This document shows positions 20,294 to 30,704 of a stretch of DNA of 64,000 bases, in pieces. Within the stretch, counting starts at the first letter, position 1. Every line of letters begins with the position of its first letter. A model generated the notes under the pieces. That model saw only the letters and a program-made list of their open reading frames with translations, was not told the DNA's origin and made no database searches. A program made the translations under genes and the position numbers. Source of the stretch: Planctomycetota bacterium (lineage in GTDB: Bacteria > Planctomycetota > UBA8108 > SXIK01); assembly GCA_965223265.1 (NCBI GenBank), contig OZ244999.1:5952001-6016000 (forward strand). The letters run 5' to 3'.

Positions 20294-21758
20294 TCACTCT
20301 CTGAGCCAACGGCGAGAGTTTTTCGCGCGCACCGCGAGCGGTCTGGGAGGCTTGGCGCTCGCGCACCTCCTGGCCAGGAGTGGCGACTTGCGCGCGGCAT
20401 CTCCTGACACCTCTGAGGACGCGCCGGCTGGGACGACACACGCGCCCCAACACCGACGGCCGCATCACGCGCCGAGAGCCAAGGCGGTGATCTGGCTCTT
20501 CATGGAGGGTGGTCCGAGTCACATCGATCTTTTCGATCCCAAGCCAGCGCTCGAGCGCCTTGCAGGCCAAAAGACGCCGGAGTCGTTCAAGCTGCCGGTC
20601 ACCAGCGCCACCGGCTCTCACCGCATGCCCATCGTGGCGTCGCGGCGCACGTGGAAGCGCCACGGAAAGAGTGGCCTCTGGGTGTCGGACTGGTATCCAC
20701 GCATCGCAGCGCACGTCGACGACTTGGCAGTGATCCGCTCGTGTTGGGCGGACGGGCTGAACCACGTCGGATCAGTGCGGCAGATGAACACCGGTGCGAT
20801 CTTGGCTGGTCGCCCGTCGATGGGGGCGTGGATCACGTACGGTCTCGGCACGGCGAACGACAACCTGCCGACGTTCGCCGTCCTGACGGACTACCGGACC
20901 GTGAGAGGAGGGCCGACGAATTGGGGCGCGGGATTCCTTCCCGCTGCCTACCAGGGGACGCCGCTCGAGCGGCAGGGTCCACCCATCTTGAACCTCAACC
21001 CGCCGGCGGAGGTCAGCGATCGACAACAGCGCAGTCGACTCGATCTACTCGGCGCGCTCAACCGCCACCACCGCCGACGCTGGCTTTCGATGAGCGAGCT
21101 CGACGCCAGAATCGAGTCGTACGAACTGGCCTACCGCATGCAAGCGGCGGCGCCCGAAGCTGTGGAGCTCGCGAGCGAGTCGGCTGCGACGCAGCGCCTC
21201 TATGGCATGGACAATCAAGTGACAGCGCGCTTCGGCACCAACTGTCTGCTGGCGCGCCGCCTGGTTGAACGCGGCGTGCGCTTCGTGGAAGTTTACTGCG
21301 GCAGCGGCAGCGGTTGGGATGCGCACTCCAAGCTCGAGGAGAACCACAGCAAGTGGTGCCGCGTCTCCGATCGACCGATTGCTGGGTTGCTGACGGACTT
21401 AAAGGCGCGAGGACTACTCGACGAAACGCTTGTGGTTTGGGGTGGGGAGTTCGGCCGCACGCCCTTCAGCGACACCAACAGCAGCGTCGCCGGACCGGGT
21501 GGCTACGGGCGCGACCACAATCCCTGGGGTTTCACGATGTGGATGGCGGGCGGCGGTGTTCAGGGGGGCCAGACGATCGGCGCGACGGATGCACTTGGCC
21601 TCCACGCGGTGGAACAGCCGTGCCACGTTCACGATCTGCACGCTACGATACTTCATCTCATGGGGCTTGACCATCTCCGCGTGATTTACCGCCACAACGG
21701 CCGTGACCAGCGCCCGACGGTCGATGGAGGCAACGTCATCCGGTCCGTATTGGCTTAG
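20265..21758 (+). CDS. DUF1501 family protein (Tat-exported)
   Basis: RREFF twin-arginine signal, GGPSHIDLFDPKP, LLARRLVERGVRFV, WDAH, WGGEFGRTP, GRDHNP, HDLHATIL. Confidence 0.93.
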   Translation: MPMNSSIDSDHSLSQRREFFARTASGLGGLALAHLLARSGDLRAASPDTSEDAPAGTTHAPQHRRPHHAPRAKAVIWLFMEGGPSHIDLFDPKPALERLAGQKTPESFKLPVTSATGSHRMPIVASRRTWKRHGKSGLWVSDWYPRIAAHVDDLAVIRSCWADGLNHVGSVRQMNTGAILAGRPSMGAWITYGLGTANDNLPTFAVLTDYRTVRGGPTNWGAGFLPAAYQGTPLERQGPPILNLNPPAEVSDRQQRSRLDLLGALNRHHRRRWLSMSELDARIESYELAYRMQAAAPEAVELASESAATQRLYGMDNQVTARFGTNCLLARRLVERGVRFVEVYCGSGSGWDAHSKLEENHSKWCRVSDRPIAGLLTDLKARGLLDETLVVWGGEFGRTPFSDTNSSVAGPGGYGRDHNPWGFTMWMAGGGVQGGQTIGATDALGLHAVEQPCHVHDLHATILHLMGLDHLRVIYRHNGRDQRPTVDGGNVIRSVLA

Positions 21759-21936
21759 CAGCCTGTTGAAAAAGTGCTTTGAGCTGAAAACTGGTCTCTT
21801 CGCGTCCAGATCGGCCGCGGCAAACGCAGGCAATCTTCGGGCCCTCTTCTTTCGATTCTGATGGCGAGTACTGACGCGGTAGAGCTGGGCGTGAAGAGGC
21901 CAGTTTCTTCGGCCGAATGACTTTTTCAACGGGCTG
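21759..21936. mobile_element. MITE derived from IS5/IS1182-like ends
   Basis: TIR CAGCCTGTTGAAAAAGT (21759-21775) / ACTTTTTCAACGGGCTG (21920-21936), flanked by TTAG direct repeats (21755-21758, 21937-21940); no transposase inside 178 bp. Confidence 0.75.
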
Positions 21937-21965
21937 TTAGCAGTTAGCTTTAGACTCGAGGCACT

Positions 21966-23426
21966 ATGAACGAACGGCATCGCTTGAGAGGATCAAAGCC
22001 CGTAGCGCTCAAGACCACTGCGGTTTTCGCATGCCTCCTCTTGCTTTCGGCTGCAGACGCGAGCGAGTGGGCGCGTTTCCGCGGCCCAAACGGAGAGGGA
22101 ATCTCACCTGCGACCGGGGTACCGACGACGTTCGACCGCGACAAAGGGACTCTCTGGCAGACGGTAGTTCCGTCGGGTCATTCGTCGCCCATCCTCTCGA
22201 AGGATCGACTCTTCCTCACCGCCTACGAAGAGAAGCGGCTTCTCTCTTTGGCTCTCGACCGTCAGACGGGAAAGATCCTCTGGCGCCGCGAAGCGCCGCG
22301 GCCGCGGGAGGGAAAGTTCCACCGACTGAACGGACCCGCGTCAGCGAGTCCAGTCACCGATGGTGAGTCGGTGTTCGTCTTCTTCGGGGACTTCGGCCTT
22401 GTCAGCTACGATCTCGATGGCAACTCTCTTTGGCAGCGGCCGCTCGGCCCTTTCTTGGTGGCGAGTGGACAGGGAAGCTCTCCGATTTTGGCGGGCGGGC
22501 ATCTTATCTTGCAGGTGGACCAGGATCGCGATTCCTATATCCTCGCGATGGATCCCAAAGATGGCTCCGACAACTGGAAAGTCGAACGGCCGGAAGCTAC
22601 CCACGGTTATTCAACACCGACCATCTTCACGCCCGAAGGCGGTGAGCCGCAGTTGATCGTCACCAGCTCATACCACACAGCATCGTACGCCTTGGATGAT
22701 GGCGAGAAGCTTTGGTGGGCCTACGGCAGCACCTGGCAGTCGAAGCCTTCGCCGGTGACGACGAGCGACACGGTCTTCGTCACAGGATCGGCGCCGGGCG
22801 GCGATCCGGGTCAGCAGGTGGAACTACCACCGTTTGCGGAGGCGATCGAGCGCGGCGACGCTGATGGCGATGGCAAGCTCTCCGAAGACGAAGTCAAGAC
22901 GAACGGCTGGCGGCATCGCGGCGGCTGGGGACTCATTGACTTAGACGACGACGGTCTCCTGGGCAGACGCGACTGGAAGTTCTTTCGTGCCCGCCGCAGC
23001 GCGCACAACACGACGCTGGCAATCCGCCCTAGCGCGCGCCGCGGCGACATCACCGAGAGCGCTGTCGTTTGGAGCTACCGCAGGGGAATCCCGGAAGTCC
23101 CCTGCCCCATCGTCCACGATGGCATTCTTTACGTCGTCAAGAACGGCGGCATCCTCACAGCACTGGACGGCGAGTCTGGAGAAGTGCTCAAACAGGCGCG
23201 CCTACCCGGCGCCACAGGACAGTACTACGCTTCGCCCATCATCGCCGACTCGAGGCTCTACTTTGTCAGCGAGGACGGCAAAGTGAGTGTCGTCCGACCA
23301 GGGGAAGACTGGGAGGTCATGGCGATGAGCGATCTGGGCGAGCACTGCTACGCCACCCCGGCGGTCGCCGACGGCGTCATGTATGTGCGCACCGAGACCC
23401 GCGTCTACGCTTTCGTGGCGAAGTGA
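21966..23426 (+). CDS. PQQ-binding-like (BamB-type) beta-propeller protein with EF-hand-like insert
   Basis: Signal peptide, WARFRGPNG, GHSSPI, SSPIL, YSTPTI, DADGDGKLSEDE and DLDDDGLL Ca-loops, YASPII, YATPAV. Confidence 0.9.
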   Translation: MNERHRLRGSKPVALKTTAVFACLLLLSAADASEWARFRGPNGEGISPATGVPTTFDRDKGTLWQTVVPSGHSSPILSKDRLFLTAYEEKRLLSLALDRQTGKILWRREAPRPREGKFHRLNGPASASPVTDGESVFVFFGDFGLVSYDLDGNSLWQRPLGPFLVASGQGSSPILAGGHLILQVDQDRDSYILAMDPKDGSDNWKVERPEATHGYSTPTIFTPEGGEPQLIVTSSYHTASYALDDGEKLWWAYGSTWQSKPSPVTTSDTVFVTGSAPGGDPGQQVELPPFAEAIERGDADGDGKLSEDEVKTNGWRHRGGWGLIDLDDDGLLGRRDWKFFRARRSAHNTTLAIRPSARRGDITESAVVWSYRRGIPEVPCPIVHDGILYVVKNGGILTALDGESGEVLKQARLPGATGQYYASPIIADSRLYFVSEDGKVSVVRPGEDWEVMAMSDLGEHCYATPAVADGVMYVRTETRVYAFVAK

Positions 23427-23511
23427 CCCGACTCGCTTGACAGTGACTCACACGCCTCGCCAGCTGAGTGGCGACGGTTGACTCTAAGACCGGCCGCAAG
23501 GAGTCGGAGCG
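23388..23511 (+). repeat. Direct repeat copy A (3' end of PQQ gene plus structured downstream region)
   Basis: About 124 bp nearly identical to 28251-28374. Confidence 0.9.
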
Positions 23512-23671
23512 TCGTGTCCAAAACGCTAAAAACTCTCTAAGAACTCCCGCTCAATCTCCTGGTCGATCGCCACGGACTCCTATACGCTGCAATGGCTCCA
23601 GCCGGATAACTTCCGGGGCGTAGACGTGCCGCCTCCCCATCGCGAATCGTGTCCCCACATGACTATTACCA

Positions 23672-23677
23672 TATAAT
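23672..23677 (+). promoter_or_regulatory. Candidate -10 element for the FG-GAP gene
   Basis: Perfect TATAAT in an AT-rich patch 90 nt upstream of ATG 23767; no clear -35. Confidence 0.35.
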
Positions 23678-23766
23678 AAATAGAGTCTCGCACTCCAAGG
23701 AGGCAACAAGCCGCTAGGCGTCGTTGCCGGGCGAAGCAGCTAGGCTCAATCACTGGAAAACGTTCC

Positions 23767-26700
23767 ATGAAGGTAAGAATCTTCGGCGGCATGTTTGCCC
23801 TATGGGGAGTTGTGTGCTCCTGCAACGATGGACACGCACAGTTCGCCGCCCCCCAGCAAGTCGTGCGTCCGCAATCATCCACGGAATTCGGAATAGTGCA
23901 CGCTGTCGCTCTCCTCGGTGATCGAGCGGCGATCATGGCAGCTCTTCGCAGCAGCTCTTCGGCTACGGTGTTCGTCTTTGAACGCAGCGATGAACACTGG
24001 GAGCTCGCAGCGGAATTTGCATGCCCACCTTATGGAGGAACGCAGTCTGGCCACTCATTGAGACTGACCGACAACTCCATCATCGCAGGGACTCCCGAGG
24101 GCACGGTCGTACTAGTTTTCGAAAACCGCGGCGATGGCTGGGCCGAAACACAGCGTTTACGAGCACCGGATTTTGCACCAGGTCAGAAGTTCGGCGCCAG
24201 TCTCGCGGTCGAGGAGAACACTTTGGTCATCGGCGCGCCGGTGTCGTCGAACGAGGGGCCGGCAAGTTCCGTGTACGTCTATACGCTAAGCGAAGAGGGG
24301 TGGACGTTTCAGCAAAAGTTACTTCCGGAAGAAGCGGGGTTCAGGAAATTCGGCGCTGCAGTTGCGATCAGTAACGGTGTGATCGCCGTGGGTGAGTCGC
24401 TTCCGTTCAACGATTCCGGTACCGTTTATTTGTTCGAAAACGATGCGGTCGAGTGGCAGTTGACGCAAGTGCTTCGACCGCCTGCCTTACCCGGTGATAG
24501 GAGGCGATTCGGTGAGTCCTTGAGCCTTATCGACGAGGTGTTAGTTGTCGGTGCGAGCCGTGATTCTCGACAGCAGGGAAGAGTTGGAGCGGCCTATGTG
24601 TATCGCCGTGACGGCGATGCTTGGGTCTTTCAGCAGGAACTCCGCGCTGCAGATGCGGTCGCAGAGGACCGTTTTGGCGAGAGTATCTCCGTAACCCCCG
24701 GGACGATTCTCGTCGGTGCACCATACCATGACGGCATCGCGCGTGATAGCGGTCTTGTCTATGTGTTCGAAGAGCAGGGTGGGAGCTGGACCGAGGCGCA
24801 GAGACTGACGTCTCGCGACGTCGAGATCAGTGAATTCGGGATTTCCGTCGTGTTCGATGGGCGCACAGTTCTCGTAGGTGCTTCATCCGCCATGTCGGGT
24901 GGAGCGGCCTTCTTCTACGACCACTGCGAAGGCAGCGGCGACTGTAACGAAAACGGTCTCGCCGACGACTGCGAAATCGCTGATGGATCCAGTCGCGACT
25001 GCGATGGAAATGGCGTGCTAGATGAATGTGATCTCGCCGCAGGCGCAGTCGACTGCGACGAAGATGGACTCCTTGATCGATGTGCTCTGAGTCTTGGTGT
25101 GCGTGTGGATTGTAATGGTAACGATGTCATCGACCGCTGCGAAGTACCCGTGGGTACGTCTTCTGACGTCAACGGAAACGGTATTCCGGACGCATGCGAA
25201 ACGTTTAACGAGCCTTTCTCTCGATGCCGTGAGTTGACCGGACTCCTGGACTGCGATAGGAGCGGGGTCGACGACCGGTGCGAAGTGTTCACAGGTGTGC
25301 TTGCGGATATCGACGCTAACGACATCCCGGATGTCTGCCAAGTAGATTGTGATGGCAGTGGAGTGCCGGATTCCTACGAACTGTCGACTGGGATGCTATT
25401 CGATTGTGACGGCAACGGTTTACCCGACGTGTGCGACACCGGTCCGACTCCGGTGAGTCTCCAAGCGACCGAGGCAATTCCGTTCGGCATTTCGAGCACC
25501 GGCGTGGTTCTCGGCGATTGGAACGCGGATAGTCTCATAGACCTAGCAGTTACCCACGACTCTGCGGGCGTGGTTTCGATCGCAATCGGCGAGAGCAACG
25601 GTGGGTTCACGGTCAACCGCAGTTATCCTGTGGGCGATGTACCGATCGGAATCGTGGCGGCAGACCTCGACGGCGACGGTACGGAGGACCTCGCCACCGC
25701 CAACCGCTCCGCCAACACGGTCTCCATTCTCTTCGGCCGCGGTGACGCGACGTTTCGTCCTGCCGGGAGCCTCCTCGTCGGGCAAGGTCCAGAACACATT
25801 GTCGCAAGTGATTTCAACAATGACGACGCGATGGATCTTGCCATCGCCGAAGTCACCTTTGGCACGATCTCAGTGCTTCTTGGTTACGGTGACGGCACGT
25901 TTCATTGGCCCGTGAGAATGGCGCTCGATGGTGCACCTACTGCGTTGCTTGCGACACGTCTCGATGATGATGATCACGTCGACCTGGTTGCGTCGGTCTC
26001 ACTGAGCGGTGTTTCATTATTCTCCGGCATCGGAGATGGAACGTTCGTACGACCCCGCAAAGTTGCCGTAGGAGGCACATTTTTTGGAGTCGTTGCGACA
26101 GATCTGGATCAGAACAGTATCGTGGATCTCGTCACTCTGGACGGCGAGAGCAACATCCATGCGTTTCTGGGTACTAGTGGTGGACTCTGTCAGCGTTCCG
26201 ATACGGCGCCGGCTGGCGAGCTGGCGGTCGACCTGACTTCCGGCGACTGGGATCAGGACGGAAACACAGAAATTGCAGTGCTGGCAGAGCGGAGCGCGGC
26301 TGTCTTCATGTTTGAATGGCTCGACGATCGATTTGTGTCTCTCGGGGATTTTCCCGCGGGCGCGAATCGTCGAGCCATCGCTTCTGCGGACGGAGCCACT
26401 GGAGCTGACCCTGTGGTGGCGACCATCGGCGCAGGGGGACTGGCGCCTGTGATGACGAACGATGAGGCTGGAAGATTGTCGCCGGTTCAGCGAGTGGATC
26501 TCGATGGAGCTGCCGACGTTGCGGTGATCCACCATCAAACAGGACCTCCCACCCTCGCAGTCGCTGATCGGGATCACGGCGCCGTTCATTTGGTTCCGAT
26601 CACCGGCCCCGAGACATTTGGTGCGCCGCAAACGATCTCTTTCGACGAAGGAACCGCCACAGAGATCGAATCTCTCCATGTCAACGCGGACGGTCTGGTC

Positions 26701-27831
26701 GACCTTGCGGTGCTCAGGACCCAACCGTCTCGCATCCTACTCCTTATGGCTGAGGAAAATCGAACTTTCACGGCCGGATTGGAGTTACCTGTCGACGGTA
26801 CGACTTCCCTCATCGCCACTGACTTGAGCAGCGACCGAATCGACGATCTCGTGGTCGCGAACCACTCCATGGACGACGTGTCGATTTACGTGTCGAGGGG
26901 AGATGGAACGTTCGAAACCGAGCTTCGAATCCCTGTCGGCCCGCAACCGGGTCGTCTTGTCGCGGGCGATCTCAACGGTGATGGACTCGTCGACTTGGTC
27001 GTGAGCCACGACAGTCGGAATGCTTTCTATGTTCTCGTCGGTGAAGGCCAAGGAAAGTTCCTCCCAGTCCAACGTATTCAAACGAACTCGAGTCGTCTGA
27101 CCGGAATCGCTGTAGGTGACTGGGATGGCGACGGCCTCGGCGATGTGATCACAACACATCAACGAGAGGGGGCAGAGATCTACTTCTACGTTGACGGTGG
27201 TGGCTTCGAGAGTCCAGGGCGAGTTTTCGAAGCTGAGCTCCATGTGATCGTACCAGCCGATGTCGATGGTGACGGTCAACTTGACGTCGTCGGTTCGGGA
27301 GCAAATGATGTGTTCATAGCGCTTGGAAGAGGCGATGGCCGATTTCTTCCTCCGCAGCACTTTATCGTCGGGCAGCGGGTTCTTGGATTGGTCACGGATG
27401 ATCTCGATGACGACGATCGAGTGGACATCGTCACCGCGAACTCTGCCTTTCAGATCGCAGAGATCAATGTGCTGCGCAACCACACGGTTCGGAACGACAG
27501 CCCACTCTTGAATTCTTGCGCGGACGGCGCACAACTTGTGGGGGACTGCACGCAGGATGCCGTCCTGGACATCTCCGATGGCATCTGCGTGCTCGGAGTT
27601 CTCTTTTCAGGTGAACCAGTGTCGTTTCCGTGTGACGATGGGCTCGGTAATTCGCCTGGGAATCTCGCCTTGCTTGACATTCAGCCAGACGGTGACGTGG
27701 ACATTTCAGATGCGATCTCTCTTTTCCAGTTCTTATTCGTAGGCTCAGCAGGGGAGACAGAAGTGGTTAGACTTGATAACGGATGTGAAAGGATCGTTGG
27801 CTGTCCAAACAACATTGCTTGCGGGCAATGA
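23767..27831 (+). CDS. Large secreted FG-GAP/VCBS repeat protein with DCxxNG Cys/Asp repeats and C-terminal dockerin-like domain
   Basis: Signal peptide; FGASLAV/FGAAVAI/FGESLS...VGA blades; repeated DCNENGLADDC-type motifs; DLDGDGxxDL repeats; GDCTQDAVLDISD tail; visibly lower GC than neighbours. Confidence 0.88.
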   Translation: MKVRIFGGMFALWGVVCSCNDGHAQFAAPQQVVRPQSSTEFGIVHAVALLGDRAAIMAALRSSSSATVFVFERSDEHWELAAEFACPPYGGTQSGHSLRLTDNSIIAGTPEGTVVLVFENRGDGWAETQRLRAPDFAPGQKFGASLAVEENTLVIGAPVSSNEGPASSVYVYTLSEEGWTFQQKLLPEEAGFRKFGAAVAISNGVIAVGESLPFNDSGTVYLFENDAVEWQLTQVLRPPALPGDRRRFGESLSLIDEVLVVGASRDSRQQGRVGAAYVYRRDGDAWVFQQELRAADAVAEDRFGESISVTPGTILVGAPYHDGIARDSGLVYVFEEQGGSWTEAQRLTSRDVEISEFGISVVFDGRTVLVGASSAMSGGAAFFYDHCEGSGDCNENGLADDCEIADGSSRDCDGNGVLDECDLAAGAVDCDEDGLLDRCALSLGVRVDCNGNDVIDRCEVPVGTSSDVNGNGIPDACETFNEPFSRCRELTGLLDCDRSGVDDRCEVFTGVLADIDANDIPDVCQVDCDGSGVPDSYELSTGMLFDCDGNGLPDVCDTGPTPVSLQATEAIPFGISSTGVVLGDWNADSLIDLAVTHDSAGVVSIAIGESNGGFTVNRSYPVGDVPIGIVAADLDGDGTEDLATANRSANTVSILFGRGDATFRPAGSLLVGQGPEHIVASDFNNDDAMDLAIAEVTFGTISVLLGYGDGTFHWPVRMALDGAPTALLATRLDDDDHVDLVASVSLSGVSLFSGIGDGTFVRPRKVAVGGTFFGVVATDLDQNSIVDLVTLDGESNIHAFLGTSGGLCQRSDTAPAGELAVDLTSGDWDQDGNTEIAVLAERSAAVFMFEWLDDRFVSLGDFPAGANRRAIASADGATGADPVVATIGAGGLAPVMTNDEAGRLSPVQRVDLDGAADVAVIHHQTGPPTLAVADRDHGAVHLVPITGPETFGAPQTISFDEGTATEIESLHVNADGLVDLAVLRTQPSRILLLMAEENRTFTAGLELPVDGTTSLIATDLSSDRIDDLVVANHSMDDVSIYVSRGDGTFETELRIPVGPQPGRLVAGDLNGDGLVDLVVSHDSRNAFYVLVGEGQGKFLPVQRIQTNSSRLTGIAVGDWDGDGLGDVITTHQREGAEIYFYVDGGGFESPGRVFEAELHVIVPADVDGDGQLDVVGSGANDVFIALGRGDGRFLPPQHFIVGQRVLGLVTDDLDDDDRVDIVTANSAFQIAEINVLRNHTVRNDSPLLNSCADGAQLVGDCTQDAVLDISDGICVLGVLFSGEPVSFPCDDGLGNSPGNLALLDIQPDGDVDISDAISLFQFLFVGSAGETEVVRLDNGCERIVGCPNNIACGQ

Positions 27832-27989
27832 GTCCCGGCGATGCGTCGCGGGATACTGGGCTCGATCGTGATCGTCCCATCGGTAGAATCTACGATCGCT
27901 TTCTGGTCGCAAGTCTAATTTACGAGACTAAAGAAGACAGGCGTGGGCGCTATCGCTGCAACGAGTGCCGGAACACCGCGTTCGGCAAC

Positions 27990-28289
27990 GAACACCTTCG
28001 GCAGCGGCTCAAGCAGACAAGTGGACGCGTTTCCGCGGCCCGAACGGAGAGGGTATTTCGCCCGCGACGGGGGTCCCGACGACGTTCGACCCCGACAGAG
28101 GAGCTCTCCGGCAGGCGGCGGTTCCGTCGGGTCATTCGTCACCCATCCTCTCGAAAGATCGACTCTTCCTCACCGCCTACGAAGAGAAACGGCTTCTCTC
28201 TATAGCTCTCGACCGTCAGACGGGAAAGATCCTCTGGCGCCGCGAAGCGCCGCACCGACTCCCGCGTCTACGCTTTCGTGGCGAATTGA
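27990..28289 (+). pseudogene. Internally deleted paralog of the PQQ-propeller gene
   Basis: 28020-28253 matches 22066-22299 (WxRFRGPNG...WRREAP) and is joined directly to the match of the gene's last codons (23388-23426); about 1.09 kb missing. Confidence 0.85.
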
Positions 28290-28374
28290 TCCGACTCGGT
28301 TGACAGTGACTCACACGCCTCGCCAGCTGAGTGGTGACGGTTTACTCTAAGACCGGCCGCAAGGAGTCGGAGCG
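28251..28374 (+). repeat. Direct repeat copy B
   Basis: Near-identical to 23388-23511. Confidence 0.9.
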
Positions 28375-28383
28375 CTGCATACC

Positions 28384-28938
28384 ATGTGCCTGCCGAAGAA
28401 GAACGCTCGCAGAAGACTCATCGTCGGAGCAGTCGTCTTCCTGCTTCTCGCCGTCGTTCTCGCTCAAAGATTTCGGTCGTCGCATGTCTTTACCGTGGAA
28501 TTCTGCACGCGATGCGGCCTGCGTTGCGAGGTTGATACGGCTCGCAGCCCAGCAGAGCAGCAGGAAGAGACTTCGGTGAGTCAATGGTACGAAAGGTATA
28601 TTTCGCAGCCACACAAACATCGGTGGAAGATCATTCGGAGTCACGGTGAGAAGCACGGGTTTTTCGTAACGCACTCTTGGGTACGCCACAATTGGGATTA
28701 CGAGCCGTTCTTGGCGGGGGAAGAAGTGATCGGTTTTCTGGAGCTGCTCAGAGAGCATGGTCTCAGCGCACATTACTTTCAACTGTTGAGCGGTGACGAC
28801 CGCGATGCGCGGCTCAAAGCTTGGCAGGTGACGCAAGTTCTTGGGCATCCCGAGTCGGACGAGGTCAAGGCCTGGTGGTCGAAGCTCGAGGCGGTTTTAG
28901 CGCAACGAGCGCCACAGAGTGCGGACTCGTCGCGGTGA
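28384..28938 (+). CDS. Hypothetical membrane-anchored protein
   Basis: Basic N-terminus plus TM, CTRCG motif, PHKHRW; 184 aa. Confidence 0.6.
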   Translation: MCLPKKNARRRLIVGAVVFLLLAVVLAQRFRSSHVFTVEFCTRCGLRCEVDTARSPAEQQEETSVSQWYERYISQPHKHRWKIIRSHGEKHGFFVTHSWVRHNWDYEPFLAGEEVIGFLELLREHGLSAHYFQLLSGDDRDARLKAWQVTQVLGHPESDEVKAWWSKLEAVLAQRAPQSADSSR

Positions 28939-29272
28939 CACGGTCCGCCGCATCCAGGGGCACGAGCTATGAGCCGCGGCGGCGGCTCAAACCCGCGCTT
29001 TGCTTGCCGAGACAAGTACAGGCGCATTGAGCTTCTCCGGAGCTACAAGGAGTTCCTTGGAGAAAACCGGTTCGCGTTGAGGAGTTTCTGCGAGGGACTT
29101 CGAGAGCTGCAGGTCCATGAACCTGGAGTGGCCGCGATCGAGGCTGGGGCCGCCGAGCCGGGTTCGGACGACAGAAGATTTTGCTACGGCGTAAGAGGGC
29201 AACGGACTTTGCAGGCCCTACTCCGTGCGTGATAGAATCCCAGCAGAACTCATCCCGTATACCAGAGGGAGA

Positions 29273-30685
29273 ATGAACGTCTGCGCCGCCAGCTCCATTG
29301 ACCGCCGCGAGTTTCTACGAGCAGGACTGACCGGATTCACGACCCTCAGCCTTGCCGGGCTGTACCGACTCCGCGCGCAGGAGTCGGCGTCGCGTCTGGC
29401 GACCCAACCGAGCGAGCCGACAGCCGTGATCCTGGTTTGGCTGCGTGGCGGCGCGAGTCACTTGGAGACGTTCGATCCGAAACCGGAGGCTCCACGCGAG
29501 ATTCGAGGACCTTACCGGGCGATCAACACGAACGTCTCCGGCATCCGAATTTGCGAATTGCTGCCCCGCCTCGCCAAGATTGCGGACAAATATGCCCTGC
29601 TGCGTTCGATGGCGCACAACGCGGGCGGTCACCCGGCCGGATCGCTTCAGATCTTGTCAGGAGATGCGGACTCTGCTGACAAACCGCGCCCAGTGTATCC
29701 TGACTGGATGACTGTCGCGAATTCCCTGCGCCCTAGTTCCCGCACGGGTCTACCCAACTACGTAGCGGTGAACCCGGTCGACCGGTACGACAACTTCGTC
29801 ATCGCCGGGCCTGCCTATCTTGGTCCTGCGTACGCACCATTCAAGGTAGTCGGAGATCCGAATCGACCGCACTTCGAGATTCCCAACATTGCGCTCAAGG
29901 ACGAGGCGCGCGCGCTCCGGTTGCGCAGGCGCGTCAGCCTGAGATCGAGTCTCGACCGGCTCGCTCGCGACATCGAACAAGTCGAAGACACCGCTCGCAT
30001 GAAGGCGTTCGACGAGTACGAGGCGCAGGCGCTGGCCTTACTAACCAGCCGCGAGGCTCGCGAGGCATTCGATTTGACGCGAGAGCCCGAGGGTCTGCGC
30101 GAGCGGTATGGACGAAACCAATGGGGACAGCAATGTCTCATGGCACGGCGCCTCGTCGAAGCGGGTGTAGATATCGTCGCCACCGAGTTCGACGGACCCC
30201 TCTGCGGTAGGGTTGCCAACTGGGATGACCATGCAGTCAACCACCATGTCTTCGAGGCGATAAGGTACCGGGCACCGTTTTTCGATCAGGCAGTCTCCGC
30301 ACTGATTGAAGATATCTACGAGCGCGGTCTAGATCGGCGGGTCCTCGTCGTCGTCACCGGAGAGTTCGGCCGCACGCCCCGCATCTCATACGTCGCGAGC
30401 AGCGGAGGGGGTGAAGCGAGTCGTCCAAAGGGAGTGGTTCAGCCGGGTCGAGATCATTGGCCTCGTGCGAATTCGATGCTCTTCGCCGGTGGGGGCATTC
30501 GGACCGGTCAGGTGATCGGCGCCACAGATCCGCTCGGTGAAGATCCCGTCGAGCACCGGGTTGGACCGCACGATTTCTTGGCGACAATCTATCGACACCT
30601 GGGTGTCGACTTCAATCACGTCGCGCTGAGCAATCTCGCGGGGCGGCCAATCCCCATAGTCCACGAGGGGAAGCCAATATTGTAG
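29273..30685 (+). CDS. DUF1501 family protein (second subfamily, Tat-exported)
   Basis: DRREFL, GGASHLETFDPKP, CLMARRLVEAGV, WDDH, GEFGRTP, GRDHWP. Confidence 0.92.
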   Translation: MNVCAASSIDRREFLRAGLTGFTTLSLAGLYRLRAQESASRLATQPSEPTAVILVWLRGGASHLETFDPKPEAPREIRGPYRAINTNVSGIRICELLPRLAKIADKYALLRSMAHNAGGHPAGSLQILSGDADSADKPRPVYPDWMTVANSLRPSSRTGLPNYVAVNPVDRYDNFVIAGPAYLGPAYAPFKVVGDPNRPHFEIPNIALKDEARALRLRRRVSLRSSLDRLARDIEQVEDTARMKAFDEYEAQALALLTSREAREAFDLTREPEGLRERYGRNQWGQQCLMARRLVEAGVDIVATEFDGPLCGRVANWDDHAVNHHVFEAIRYRAPFFDQAVSALIEDIYERGLDRRVLVVVTGEFGRTPRISYVASSGGGEASRPKGVVQPGRDHWPRANSMLFAGGGIRTGQVIGATDPLGEDPVEHRVGPHDFLATIYRHLGVDFNHVALSNLAGRPIPIVHEGKPIL

Positions 30686-30704
30686 CCGATCCGTGAAGGC
30701 GCAA

